From assembly GCF_004365815.1 (NCBI RefSeq), contig NZ_SODD01000006.1:30001-62000 (forward strand): DNA of 32,000 nucleotides, written 5' to 3'. Numbering within the stretch: the first letter of the stretch is position 1; every line of letters starts with the position of its first letter. The notes beneath the pieces were generated by a model, which saw only the letters and a program-made list of their open reading frames with translations, made no database searches and was not told the origin of the DNA. This document shows positions 19,698 through 28,105 of this stretch, in pieces. A program made the position numbers and the translations under genes. The stretch comes from Breznakia blatticola (GTDB taxonomy: Bacteria; Bacillota_I; Bacilli_A; Erysipelotrichales; Erysipelotrichaceae).

Positions 19698-20546
19698 CTA
19701 GCAATTCTCTAATTGGATTTCACTTTGTAGTTCTTCGTTTATCCCATTACGTTTTCTTACTAGATACATACACATATAAATATCTTTTAATACTTCTTTT
19801 TTTACCATGCTTGTATCTAATGTCACAGTATCATTAGAAGGTAATGTAAAGCTTAAACGTTTTTGATCAACATAAGTTACAGAAAGTAAATCCTTATACA
19901 TTACTTTTTGCACATCATATGAATCAAGTTTATTAAACTCTACAAACGTTTTAGATAAACTATAACGTGTATCCCCGATTATAAGATGGAACGGTATCGT
20001 AAATGGTACTGCTTCATCTTCACCTTTTACATCAATAGAAATAATGTAAGGTGCATCTTTGCGATTTAATAATTTAAGAATGGAAACATCATAGTGTTTA
20101 CTATCAAGTTTCTCAACATATGCCTCGATTGCTTTTGCTTCTTTTTTCCCATGCTCAAATCCAGGATATAAAACAATAATAATTAATGCTGGCTTATGCG
20201 CAATTTGTAAGGCTTTATCTAAAGCCGTAATCACGGAATCCGCATTTGTTGTTATACTTTCATCTCCTCCTGGTAAATACCCCAGATTAAACACACCCAC
20301 ATCAAAAGCACCCACATGTTGATCTACGTTTGCGTGATCGTCCAAAATCCATTCAATATTGCTTCGTTGGGCGATCGTTTTCGCTTTTGCTATTGCACCT
20401 TCTTGAATATCAAAGGCATATACTTGATGACAACACTCACTTAGAAATTTCGTATCATACCCATTTCCACAAGTGAAGTCAACAGCAATGTCTAAGTCTT
20501 GATGCTCAGCAATAAACTTATGTGCTACTTCAACAATTTTTTTCAT
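19698..20546 (-). CDS. Class I SAM-dependent methyltransferase, YtqB/MnmM-like N-domain (~175 aa) fused to an unknown ~105-aa C-terminal domain
   Basis: VDFTCGNGYDTKFL, VYAFDIQ, FNLGYLPGGD and LYPGFEHGKKE are collinear with the YtqB (MnmM) family as I recall it. The extra C-terminal region (about 19701-20021) has no motif I recognise. Confidence 0.65.
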   Translation of the reverse strand: MKKIVEVAHKFIAEHQDLDIAVDFTCGNGYDTKFLSECCHQVYAFDIQEGAIAKAKTIAQRSNIEWILDDHANVDQHVGAFDVGVFNLGYLPGGDESITTNADSVITALDKALQIAHKPALIIIVLYPGFEHGKKEAKAIEAYVEKLDSKHYDVSILKLLNRKDAPYIISIDVKGEDEAVPFTIPFHLIIGDTRYSLSKTFVEFNKLDSYDVQKVMYKDLLSVTYVDQKRLSFTLPSNDTVTLDTSMVKKEVLKDIYMCMYLVRKRNGINEELQSEIQLENC

Positions 20547-20562
20547 ACTTACATTTTAACGT

Positions 20563-20588
20563 AAAAGAGATGATGTTTCCATCATCTC
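20563..20588 (-). terminator. Hairpin terminator downstream of surface-protein gene 1, only ~17 nt upstream of the methyltransferase ATG
   Basis: GAGATGATG-gaaa-CATCATCTC (9-bp stem) followed by UUUUAC on the minus-strand RNA. Confidence 0.55.
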
Positions 20589-20637
20589 CGGCATTTCTAA
20601 CAAAAAATTTATAATTTTTACGATATCTTTACAAATA

Positions 20638-23559
20638 TTATTTCTTTTTCTTTAAAATCAGGATCATCAAAATACCTGCACCTGTAGTAATCAACATATT
20701 CATAAAGTGTAATACATCATTCACATCACCTGTATCAGGTGAATGCACTTGCGTGTTTGTTTCTTTCGTACTCGATGTATTTACTTGCTTATTCGTATTT
20801 GAATTGTTTGGATTTTCAGTGTTTGGAGTTGATGGATTTTCAATATTTGGATTTGTTGGTTTTTCATCAGGATTTGTTGGTTTTTCAACACTAGGATCTT
20901 TTGGCTTATCTGAAGGTTGTTCAATAACAAGTTCTCCTTCTTTTACTAAAAGGATTGGTTGTCCATCAAGTGCTAGATGAATATTTTGTCCTTCATCAAT
21001 GAACCATGTCGCTGTCTTTGCATGTTCTCCAAATACAGTTAATCCTGTGCTTGTTTCATGTTTAAAGTTTTCAGTATTTCCATCCCATGCAATGATAGTC
21101 CCTTCATTTAGCGGTTGTGTATCTAGACAATCAATAACATCCTCTTGAGTAGCTCCTTTTCCAATAAGATAGCCATCTTTTGCGATTTTGATAGATGATG
21201 TATCGCTTGCTGAAAGCGCGACTCCAGATGCATTGATGATACCACCCTCTATGATGAATTCTCCTTCAACGTTCACTAATGAATCTGTTGTTTGACCAAT
21301 CCATTGTCCTTTTGCATATAATTTTGCACCTTCATCAATAAAAACGGAATATGGTTGCTTAATTACTCCAGTAACTTCAAAGAACACCTCTGTATCACCT
21401 GTATAATCAAGGACATAAATATCAGCTTCTTCATTTTCTTGATTGCTTGCTTCTCTTTGGATACCACCAACCGAAACATTTCCATCGATATTAATCCCAC
21501 CAAGTAAAACAGCATGTCCTTCCTTCTGTTTTTTGTAAACAATTCCATCAACTTTCACATTAACATTACCACTAGCAGCAACACCTGTATTACCAGCAAC
21601 AATATCTCCAGACACGTAAATTGTTGTCATCCTATCACTATCATCATTTTCACATGAGATACCAACACTCAGTGCATGAACATCTCCACCCACATGAAGC
21701 GTTCCATTTTTATTTGTACCTCCTCCAACAAAACAGTTTGTAATTGAGCCATTAACTACAACAGTTGCTTCATCATCTACTAAAACACCATTTACATAGT
21801 GGTTTTGATTATTATCAACCATTTGACCATCAATATGATTCACTTCAACATATGCATTGCTTGATGCTTGCACAATATAGACTTCATCATTACCCTCGTA
21901 TTTCAAATCCACACCATGTTCACCTGTATAAGTAAAACTGAAATCATCAAATACCGCTAGCAAACTGTTCAGTTCATATTTATATTTTGATGTATCGATA
22001 CGGATATTGTTTTGATATACACCTTCATACATAGTTGATTCATACGTACCTATAGCAACTGGATGCTTTTCTGCCATATTTGGACTACAGACAGTAATCA
22101 CTACATCTGTATAATCTTGTCCTTTTATAGCTTCTTGTACATCTTGAATTGAGTGATATTCATATGTATCGCCCTCTCCTATATCAAATTCTCCTATTTT
22201 CGTTTGTTTTTCTTTCATCAATAATACATCATTATATGTTATCCACATATTACCATCTGCTTGTTCTTTCCAAACAACAGTATTTGCATCTTGACCAAAC
22301 ATAACGATTCCTTCTTGTGAATTTTCAGTTTTGGGATTTTTATTTTTCCCATCTACTGCAATAATTACACCTTGATTCGTAACACTTTTGGCGTTGATTA
22401 CATCCTTTTGTGTAATTCCACTACCAACTAATATACTGCCACTTTCCAACATTACATCTGCATCTTTTGATACAATAGCTTTCCCTTTTGAATTTGATAA
22501 CATTCCATGATAGGTGAAACTTCCAGTACCATCTATCTCAATTAATGCACCTACTTTATCTCCAACTACATCTCCATAAAATGTTACATGACTTTCTTTG
22601 GTGTAGTCAAATATCAATGCTTGCATATCATTCGTTTCTAAATCGAAAACTAAGGTAACATTACTTCCTCCAACACGAACATTTTCATGTCGATTCAAAT
22701 TCTGTAGTCCCTTTGCTTTAATATAAACCTCCACATCGTCTTCAGTTATATCCATAAGCATTTCAGAATTAGTCTTTACTTCTCCACGCACTTCAATGTC
22801 AATTGAACTTCTGGCTTCAACAACAAATGCATCAAGTGACATGTCTCCATATATCAAAACATTTGCCTTTTCTCCTGCGGTTGACTCGCTGGTATTGATA
22901 CCTCGTTTACATTTTAGTATATTTCCTTTTACAACAACCTTCATATCACTTGTGTATTTAGATAAATTCATAGCCGTACGAACAAACGAAATATCTTTTT
23001 CAATTATTACACTTGCTTGATTATTTGCTAATACACCGATACGGACTTTTTCACTTTGGTTATTATCTTGAATTCCTTTAACATCAAGCAAACGAATACT
23101 TGATGAATCATAAGCTTTTACTGCTGCTAGACCTTCATCTACCATTGCTACACGAACACCATGTTCTCCTACATAGTCAAATGTAGAATCATCTTTCATT
23201 GTAATTCCAGCTTGAAGAATCATTTCAAAATCCGTTGTATCAATTACCACGTGTTTCAATTTTCGAAACGACATTTTTACATTTTGTCTCATAATTGCAG
23301 GTTGATCCACAACTTTAACTTTAATTGATACATATTTGTTGTTGTTTGCATCAACAAGTATGTCTTGTAATTCATCAAATTCTGTAGAACTTCCAATTTC
23401 ATATTCCTTATCATAAATTACTTGATCTTGTTGAATCTCTACCTCATGGTTTAAGACGACTGCTTCTTTTCTTAGTGTTGCTTGTACTGGCATAATTGAC
23501 ATTACAAAAACTACCATTACTAAAACAACACGTAAACAAATTTTTAGTTTTCTAATCAT
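20638..23559 (-). CDS. Cell-wall-anchored surface protein, paralogue 1: signal peptide, two ~400-420-aa beta-helix-like modules, Pro/Asn/Thr stalk, SPDTG sorting signal
   Basis: 973 aa. Signal peptide MIRKLKICLRVVLVMVVFVMSIMPVQA. Internal repeat aa 49-451 vs 456-876. Stalk PSDKPKDPSVEKPTNPDEKPTNPNIENPSTPN. C-terminal SPDTG, hydrophobic segment and KKKK. SD GGAAGGA. Confidence 0.85.
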   Translation of the reverse strand: MIRKLKICLRVVLVMVVFVMSIMPVQATLRKEAVVLNHEVEIQQDQVIYDKEYEIGSSTEFDELQDILVDANNNKYVSIKVKVVDQPAIMRQNVKMSFRKLKHVVIDTTDFEMILQAGITMKDDSTFDYVGEHGVRVAMVDEGLAAVKAYDSSSIRLLDVKGIQDNNQSEKVRIGVLANNQASVIIEKDISFVRTAMNLSKYTSDMKVVVKGNILKCKRGINTSESTAGEKANVLIYGDMSLDAFVVEARSSIDIEVRGEVKTNSEMLMDITEDDVEVYIKAKGLQNLNRHENVRVGGSNVTLVFDLETNDMQALIFDYTKESHVTFYGDVVGDKVGALIEIDGTGSFTYHGMLSNSKGKAIVSKDADVMLESGSILVGSGITQKDVINAKSVTNQGVIIAVDGKNKNPKTENSQEGIVMFGQDANTVVWKEQADGNMWITYNDVLLMKEKQTKIGEFDIGEGDTYEYHSIQDVQEAIKGQDYTDVVITVCSPNMAEKHPVAIGTYESTMYEGVYQNNIRIDTSKYKYELNSLLAVFDDFSFTYTGEHGVDLKYEGNDEVYIVQASSNAYVEVNHIDGQMVDNNQNHYVNGVLVDDEATVVVNGSITNCFVGGGTNKNGTLHVGGDVHALSVGISCENDDSDRMTTIYVSGDIVAGNTGVAASGNVNVKVDGIVYKKQKEGHAVLLGGINIDGNVSVGGIQREASNQENEEADIYVLDYTGDTEVFFEVTGVIKQPYSVFIDEGAKLYAKGQWIGQTTDSLVNVEGEFIIEGGIINASGVALSASDTSSIKIAKDGYLIGKGATQEDVIDCLDTQPLNEGTIIAWDGNTENFKHETSTGLTVFGEHAKTATWFIDEGQNIHLALDGQPILLVKEGELVIEQPSDKPKDPSVEKPTNPDEKPTNPNIENPSTPNTENPNNSNTNKQVNTSSTKETNTQVHSPDTGDVNDVLHFMNMLITTGAGILMILILKKKK
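20728..20742 (-). other. SPDTG sortase recognition motif (paralogue 1)
   Basis: ACCTGTATCAGGTGA on the plus strand encodes S-P-D-T-G, followed by 25 mainly hydrophobic residues and KKKK-stop. Confidence 0.75.
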
Positions 23560-23692
23560 TCGTATTCCTTCCTCTTTCTATAAAACACACATACACAAAA
23601 TGATATCTTACGTAGAAATAGTATGTAAAACACCCAATAAATTATAACGAAAATGATATACAATCACTACTATTCATTCTAGCCGTTCATAC

Positions 23693-23728
23693 GTATAAAA
23701 GGCTATGCATTTTTACACGCATAGCCTT
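23693..23728 (-). terminator. Rho-independent terminator after surface-protein gene 2 (a duplicated copy of the adh terminator)
   Basis: AAGGCTATGC (23699-23708) pairs with GCATAGCCTT (23719-23728), followed by a U-rich tail on the minus RNA. It is near-identical to 26789-26818. Confidence 0.75.
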
Positions 23729-23773
23729 GACAATCAATTGTTTTTTTGTTTTGTAACTTCTAAACACTCATAG

Positions 23774-26656
23774 TTAATTAGATTTTATTGTGTTGTTCTT
23801 CTTTAGAATAAATAAGATGAGCGCACTAGCAACTACAATCAAGTTAACCCAATATACTGCATTTGTTGTATCACCAGTTTCTGGTGAAGTACCTGTAATC
23901 ACAACATTAGATTCCGTTGGATTTTTAACGTTTGAATCTGTTTGATTTTCACCATTTGGATTTATTGGTTTATCAACATTAGGATCTTTTGGCTTATCTG
24001 AAGGTTGTTCAACTACAAGTTCTCCTTCTTTCACTAAAAGAATTGGCTGTCCATCAAGTGCTAGATGAATGTTTTCACCTTCATCAACAAACCATGTCAC
24101 TTTCTTAGCATGCTTTCCAAATACTGTTAAGCCTATACTTGTTGCATGTTTAAGGTTTTCTGTATTTCCATTCCATGCAATAATGGTTCCTTCATTTTGT
24201 AATTGTGCATCTAGACAATCAATAACATCTTCTTGTGTACTTCCTTTTCCAATAAGATAGCCATCTTTTGCGATTTTGATAGATGCAGTGTCACTTGCAA
24301 AAAGTGCAGTTCCTAACGTATTAATAATTCCTCCATCTACAATTAACTCACCTTCTCCATCAACTTCTACTAAAGAAGCAGTTGTTTGCCCAAACCATTG
24401 TCCTACCGCATTAAGTTTCGCATCGCCATCAATCAAAATTGTAATTGGTTTCTCAATTGTATTTTTAATATCTAAATTTACATTCGTATTATCAATGAAA
24501 TCATACACATGAATATCTGCATTGTCTTCATTCTCACTTGTTATTTCTCTTTCAATACCACCAACAGAAACATAAGCATTAATGTTCTCTCCAGCAAGTT
24601 CGAGTGCACTGCGTCCGCTTGTGTATATGATTCCACCAACTTCTACATTCACATTTCCATTAGCAAATACGCCAAGATCACCTGCTGTGATATTACCATG
24701 TAGATATGCACTTGGTGTCTTTTGAGTATGATCATTAACAATATAAAGAGCTGTTTCTATTGCATCAAGATTACCCAAAATATCTAACTGTGCTTCATCT
24801 TGAATATAACAACCAACTGTCGCATTTGAAACTGATCCATTAACAACTACATTTGCTTTTTGATTTGCTGTGATTGCAACAGCAAATACATTTTGTCCAT
24901 CATCGAAGATTTGACTATCGATATGATTCACTTCAATATACGCATTTCCTGTCGCAAGTACATGATTAAAATCTTTATTGTTTTTATACTTTAAGTCAAC
25001 TCCATGATCACCTGTATATGTAAAACGAAATTCATCATAAACATGTAAAATGTTATGCAATTCATACTTGTATTTTGAAGTATCAATGCTCACATTCGTT
25101 TGATAGCCTAGATACGGATGAGTCGATTCCTCACTACTCAATACAATTTGTTCTTGTTCCACCATGTTTGGGCTACATACTTTAATAATCGTATCTGTGT
25201 AATTTAGTGACTTTGTAGCTTCAAGCACTTCTTGAATCGAATGATATTCATATTCATCACCTAATCCTATACTAAATTCTCCGATATTTTGTGGATTTAC
25301 TTCTTTTTCTTTCATCAATGGAACATCTTTATATGTTAACCACATACTTCCATCTGCTTGTTTTTTCCATACAACATCTTTTGCATTTGTTCCAAATACT
25401 GTCACTCCATCTTGGGAATTCTCAGTTTTTTCACTTTTGTATTCTTCATCTACAGCAACAATAACACCATTGTTTGTAACACCTTTCGCTTGAATTATAT
25501 CTTCTTGTGTATTTCCTATACCAACTAGGACACTTTCATCTTCAAGTATTACATCAACACCATTTGCTTTTAGTGTACTCCCTTTTTGATTTATCATTGT
25601 TCCAGCATAGGTTAAGCTTCCTTCACCTTCTACTTCAATTAATGAACCAGCTTTGCTTCCAATAAAATCTCCATATAGTACCAAATGACTTTCATCTTCA
25701 AACTCTATTTCGAATCTACTCTTAGTATACATTTCTAAGTCTAAATCTAGTGTAATATTGTTTCCATTAAAACGAATACGCTCGGTATCATTTACACTAT
25801 ATAGCTGTTTTGCTTTTATTCTGATATCAATATCATCACCATATACACTCATAAGTGTTCCAGAATTAACTTTTGCTTCACCAAGTATTTCTACATCAAA
25901 AGAGCATCTAAAGTCAAAAACAAAAGCTTCACTCGAAACATCTCCATGAACTAAAACTCGAGCTCTTTCTCCTGGTACATTATCTGTAGCATTAATACCA
26001 TAGTTACAGTCATGAATGCTACCTTTTACTTCAAGATATGTTGTATTTGTATTATCAGTAAAATATACAGCATTCCAAAAGAATGAAATATCCCCTTCTA
26101 TGGTTGCTTGCGCATCATCATATAGTTGAACTCCAAATTGAATGGGTTTCGCTTGTATGTAGTTTTCATTTCCTTGCACATGCAAAAGACGTACTTTAGC
26201 AGAATTACTGATATTTACAGCCGTTTGAAAACCTTCTAGCAAGTGTACACTTACTCCATGTTCTCCCTCATAGTCAAATACAACATCTCCTTTAACATGA
26301 AGTTCGTTTTGAATGATCATTGCAAAGTTTGTAGTATCAATAACCACATGCTTTAATTTTGAACTGTTAATATTCACCATCTTGGTCATCATTGCAGTTT
26401 GATCAATTACATTTACTTTAATAGATGTGTAGTCATTAACAACTGCATCATTGATAATATCTTGCAATTCCATAAACTCAGTTGCACTTCCTAGCTCATA
26501 TTCCTTATCATAAGCTATTTGATTGTTTTGAACAGCAGGTTCTCGATTTGAAGTAATTGTTTGTTTTTTTAAAGTCCCTTGTACTGGCACTATCGATATC
26601 GAAACAATCACAACAATTAAAACCGCATAAAGGTATGTTTTTAGTTTTCTCATCAT
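23774..26656 (-). CDS. Cell-wall-anchored surface protein, paralogue 2 (same architecture, SPETG sorting signal)
   Basis: The track ORF begins at 26716, but ATGATG at 26651-26656 is preceded by AGAGGAGA and yields a proper signal peptide, MMRKLKTYLYAVLIVVIVSISIVPVQG. Collinear with paralogue 1 throughout. Confidence 0.85.
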   Translation of the reverse strand: MMRKLKTYLYAVLIVVIVSISIVPVQGTLKKQTITSNREPAVQNNQIAYDKEYELGSATEFMELQDIINDAVVNDYTSIKVNVIDQTAMMTKMVNINSSKLKHVVIDTTNFAMIIQNELHVKGDVVFDYEGEHGVSVHLLEGFQTAVNISNSAKVRLLHVQGNENYIQAKPIQFGVQLYDDAQATIEGDISFFWNAVYFTDNTNTTYLEVKGSIHDCNYGINATDNVPGERARVLVHGDVSSEAFVFDFRCSFDVEILGEAKVNSGTLMSVYGDDIDIRIKAKQLYSVNDTERIRFNGNNITLDLDLEMYTKSRFEIEFEDESHLVLYGDFIGSKAGSLIEVEGEGSLTYAGTMINQKGSTLKANGVDVILEDESVLVGIGNTQEDIIQAKGVTNNGVIVAVDEEYKSEKTENSQDGVTVFGTNAKDVVWKKQADGSMWLTYKDVPLMKEKEVNPQNIGEFSIGLGDEYEYHSIQEVLEATKSLNYTDTIIKVCSPNMVEQEQIVLSSEESTHPYLGYQTNVSIDTSKYKYELHNILHVYDEFRFTYTGDHGVDLKYKNNKDFNHVLATGNAYIEVNHIDSQIFDDGQNVFAVAITANQKANVVVNGSVSNATVGCYIQDEAQLDILGNLDAIETALYIVNDHTQKTPSAYLHGNITAGDLGVFANGNVNVEVGGIIYTSGRSALELAGENINAYVSVGGIEREITSENEDNADIHVYDFIDNTNVNLDIKNTIEKPITILIDGDAKLNAVGQWFGQTTASLVEVDGEGELIVDGGIINTLGTALFASDTASIKIAKDGYLIGKGSTQEDVIDCLDAQLQNEGTIIAWNGNTENLKHATSIGLTVFGKHAKKVTWFVDEGENIHLALDGQPILLVKEGELVVEQPSDKPKDPNVDKPINPNGENQTDSNVKNPTESNVVITGTSPETGDTTNAVYWVNLIVVASALILFILKKNNTIKSN
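23873..23887 (-). other. SPETG sortase recognition motif (paralogue 2)
   Basis: ACCAGTTTCTGGTGA on the plus strand encodes S-P-E-T-G, followed by a hydrophobic segment and a KKNNTIKSN tail. Confidence 0.75.
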
Positions 26657-26782
26657 TTTCTCCTCTTTCCAAAAACACACATACACAAAATAGTGTTCCA
26701 TACAAATAGATTGCACAAAACAGTGTATAAATTATAACGAAAACTTAACCAAATAACTACTATAAGTACTTACCATTCATAC

Positions 26783-26818
26783 GTATAAAAGGCTATGCAT
26801 TTTTACATACATAGCCTT
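26783..26818 (-). terminator. Rho-independent terminator of adh
   Basis: AAGGCTATG (26789-26797) pairs with CATAGCCTT (26810-26818), followed by a U-rich tail on the minus RNA. Confidence 0.75.
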
Positions 26819-26839
26819 GACATTTATTCCATTTTTTGT

Positions 26840-28009
26840 TTAGAAACAACGCTTATAAATTTCAAACACATCATTTGCTTCTAGTGTTTCGTATCCACCG
26901 ATTTTACCACCTGGACGTGACTTAACACACTCTTCAGCAAGTTCTTTAAAATTTGCATCATTTGGAATACCTAATTCTGCAAAATTCTTTGGTAGTTTCA
27001 TTGTAACAGTGAAAAATTCATATAACTTTTGAATTCCTTTTTGCGCACACTTATACGTGTTTTCTTCTTCAACATTAAATACTTCTCTTGCAAAGCGTGC
27101 AATACGATCTTTGTTCGTATCATTCAATATATAAGATAACCAAGCTGGTTCTAATAATGCGAGTGTTGCACCATGTGTTACATCATAGTATGCACTTAAA
27201 ATATGTTGCATTGCATGACAGCTCCAGTTCTTCCCTGGACCTGATACTAAAAATCCATTGATTGCCCATGTTGATGCCCACATAATATTTGCACGTGCTT
27301 CATAATGATTCGGTTCATCTAGTAATACTGGACCATACTTTACACATGTCTTCAACAAATCAATCGCTACTTGGTCAGAAATATCACATCCAGCTTCATG
27401 ATGGAAAAATGTTTCCATGATATGTGACATGATATCTGCTACACCTGATGCGCTTTGAAATGCATTTACAGTATAGGTATATGTTGGATCACAAATGCTA
27501 ACTTTTGGAAATAGTAAATCATTAGCAAACCCTTTTTTACTTTTTGTCTCTGGATTTGTGATAACTGCTGTTTGATCCATTTCACTTCCTGTTGCACTTA
27601 ATGTAAGTACAGAAATAATAGGCAAAGCTGCTTTAATCTTTTTCGCATCTAAGATTAGTTCCCATGCATCTTCATCAGAGCAAGCTCCTGCTGCAATTGC
27701 TTTTGATGCATCAAGTACACTACCTCCTCCGACTGCAAGAACTACATCAATATTATGTGTTTTACATAGTTCTACACCTTTTCGTACAGATGCAATGCGT
27801 GGGTTTGGTTCAATTCCATTACACTCCACAATCGTGCAGTCAGCTAGTAAATTATAGACTTTGTCATACAGTCCTAGTTTTTTTATACTACCTCCACCAT
27901 ACACAAGTAGAACGCGTTTACCAACACTTGCGACTTCTTCAGGCAAGTGTTGAACTTGATTTTCTCCAAAATGGATTTTCGTTGGGACATAATACGTAAA
28001 ATTCTTCAT
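26840..28009 (-). CDS. Iron-containing alcohol dehydrogenase (butanol dehydrogenase/YqhD-like)
   Basis: MKNFTYYVPTKIHFG N-terminus and GGGSVLDASKAIA motif. The track GTG start (28018) lies within the SD GAGGTGA, so I use ATG 28007-28009. Confidence 0.9.
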   Translation of the reverse strand: MKNFTYYVPTKIHFGENQVQHLPEEVASVGKRVLLVYGGGSIKKLGLYDKVYNLLADCTIVECNGIEPNPRIASVRKGVELCKTHNIDVVLAVGGGSVLDASKAIAAGACSDEDAWELILDAKKIKAALPIISVLTLSATGSEMDQTAVITNPETKSKKGFANDLLFPKVSICDPTYTYTVNAFQSASGVADIMSHIMETFFHHEAGCDISDQVAIDLLKTCVKYGPVLLDEPNHYEARANIMWASTWAINGFLVSGPGKNWSCHAMQHILSAYYDVTHGATLALLEPAWLSYILNDTNKDRIARFAREVFNVEEENTYKCAQKGIQKLYEFFTVTMKLPKNFAELGIPNDANFKELAEECVKSRPGGKIGGYETLEANDVFEIYKRCF

Positions 28010-28105
28010 ATGTTTCACCTCGTTATATCTTCATTATAGAATAAATGTTCTTGATATTCTATGAAGATAAAAATGTTCTGCCATAAAGACAAAACACTTT
28101 TTCGT

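Larger units (their letters stand above)
20638..26842. repeat. Tandem duplication, two units of roughly 3.1 kb (terminator, promoter/5' UTR, surface-protein gene)
   Basis: Corresponding landmarks are offset by about 3.09-3.15 kb: hairpins at 23699/26789, start codons at 23559/26656, SPxTG motifs at 20728/23873. The upstream non-coding sequence is shared (TTCATACGTATAAAAGGCTATGCATTTTTACA..., ATTATAACGAAAA, CACACATACACAAAAT). Confidence 0.85.

Noticed and set aside
26657-26716. 20-aa N-terminal extension of surface-protein paralogue 2
   Set aside because: There is no SD before 26716. The ATGATG at 26651-26656 has a strong AGAGGAGA SD and gives a signal peptide matching paralogue 1.
20547-26842. 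Phase-variation or diversity-generating mechanism for the duplicated surface genes
   Set aside because: I could find no reverse transcriptase or template repeat, no recombinase, no inverted repeats flanking the promoters, and no long homopolymer or short tandem repeat tract in the 5' coding regions.
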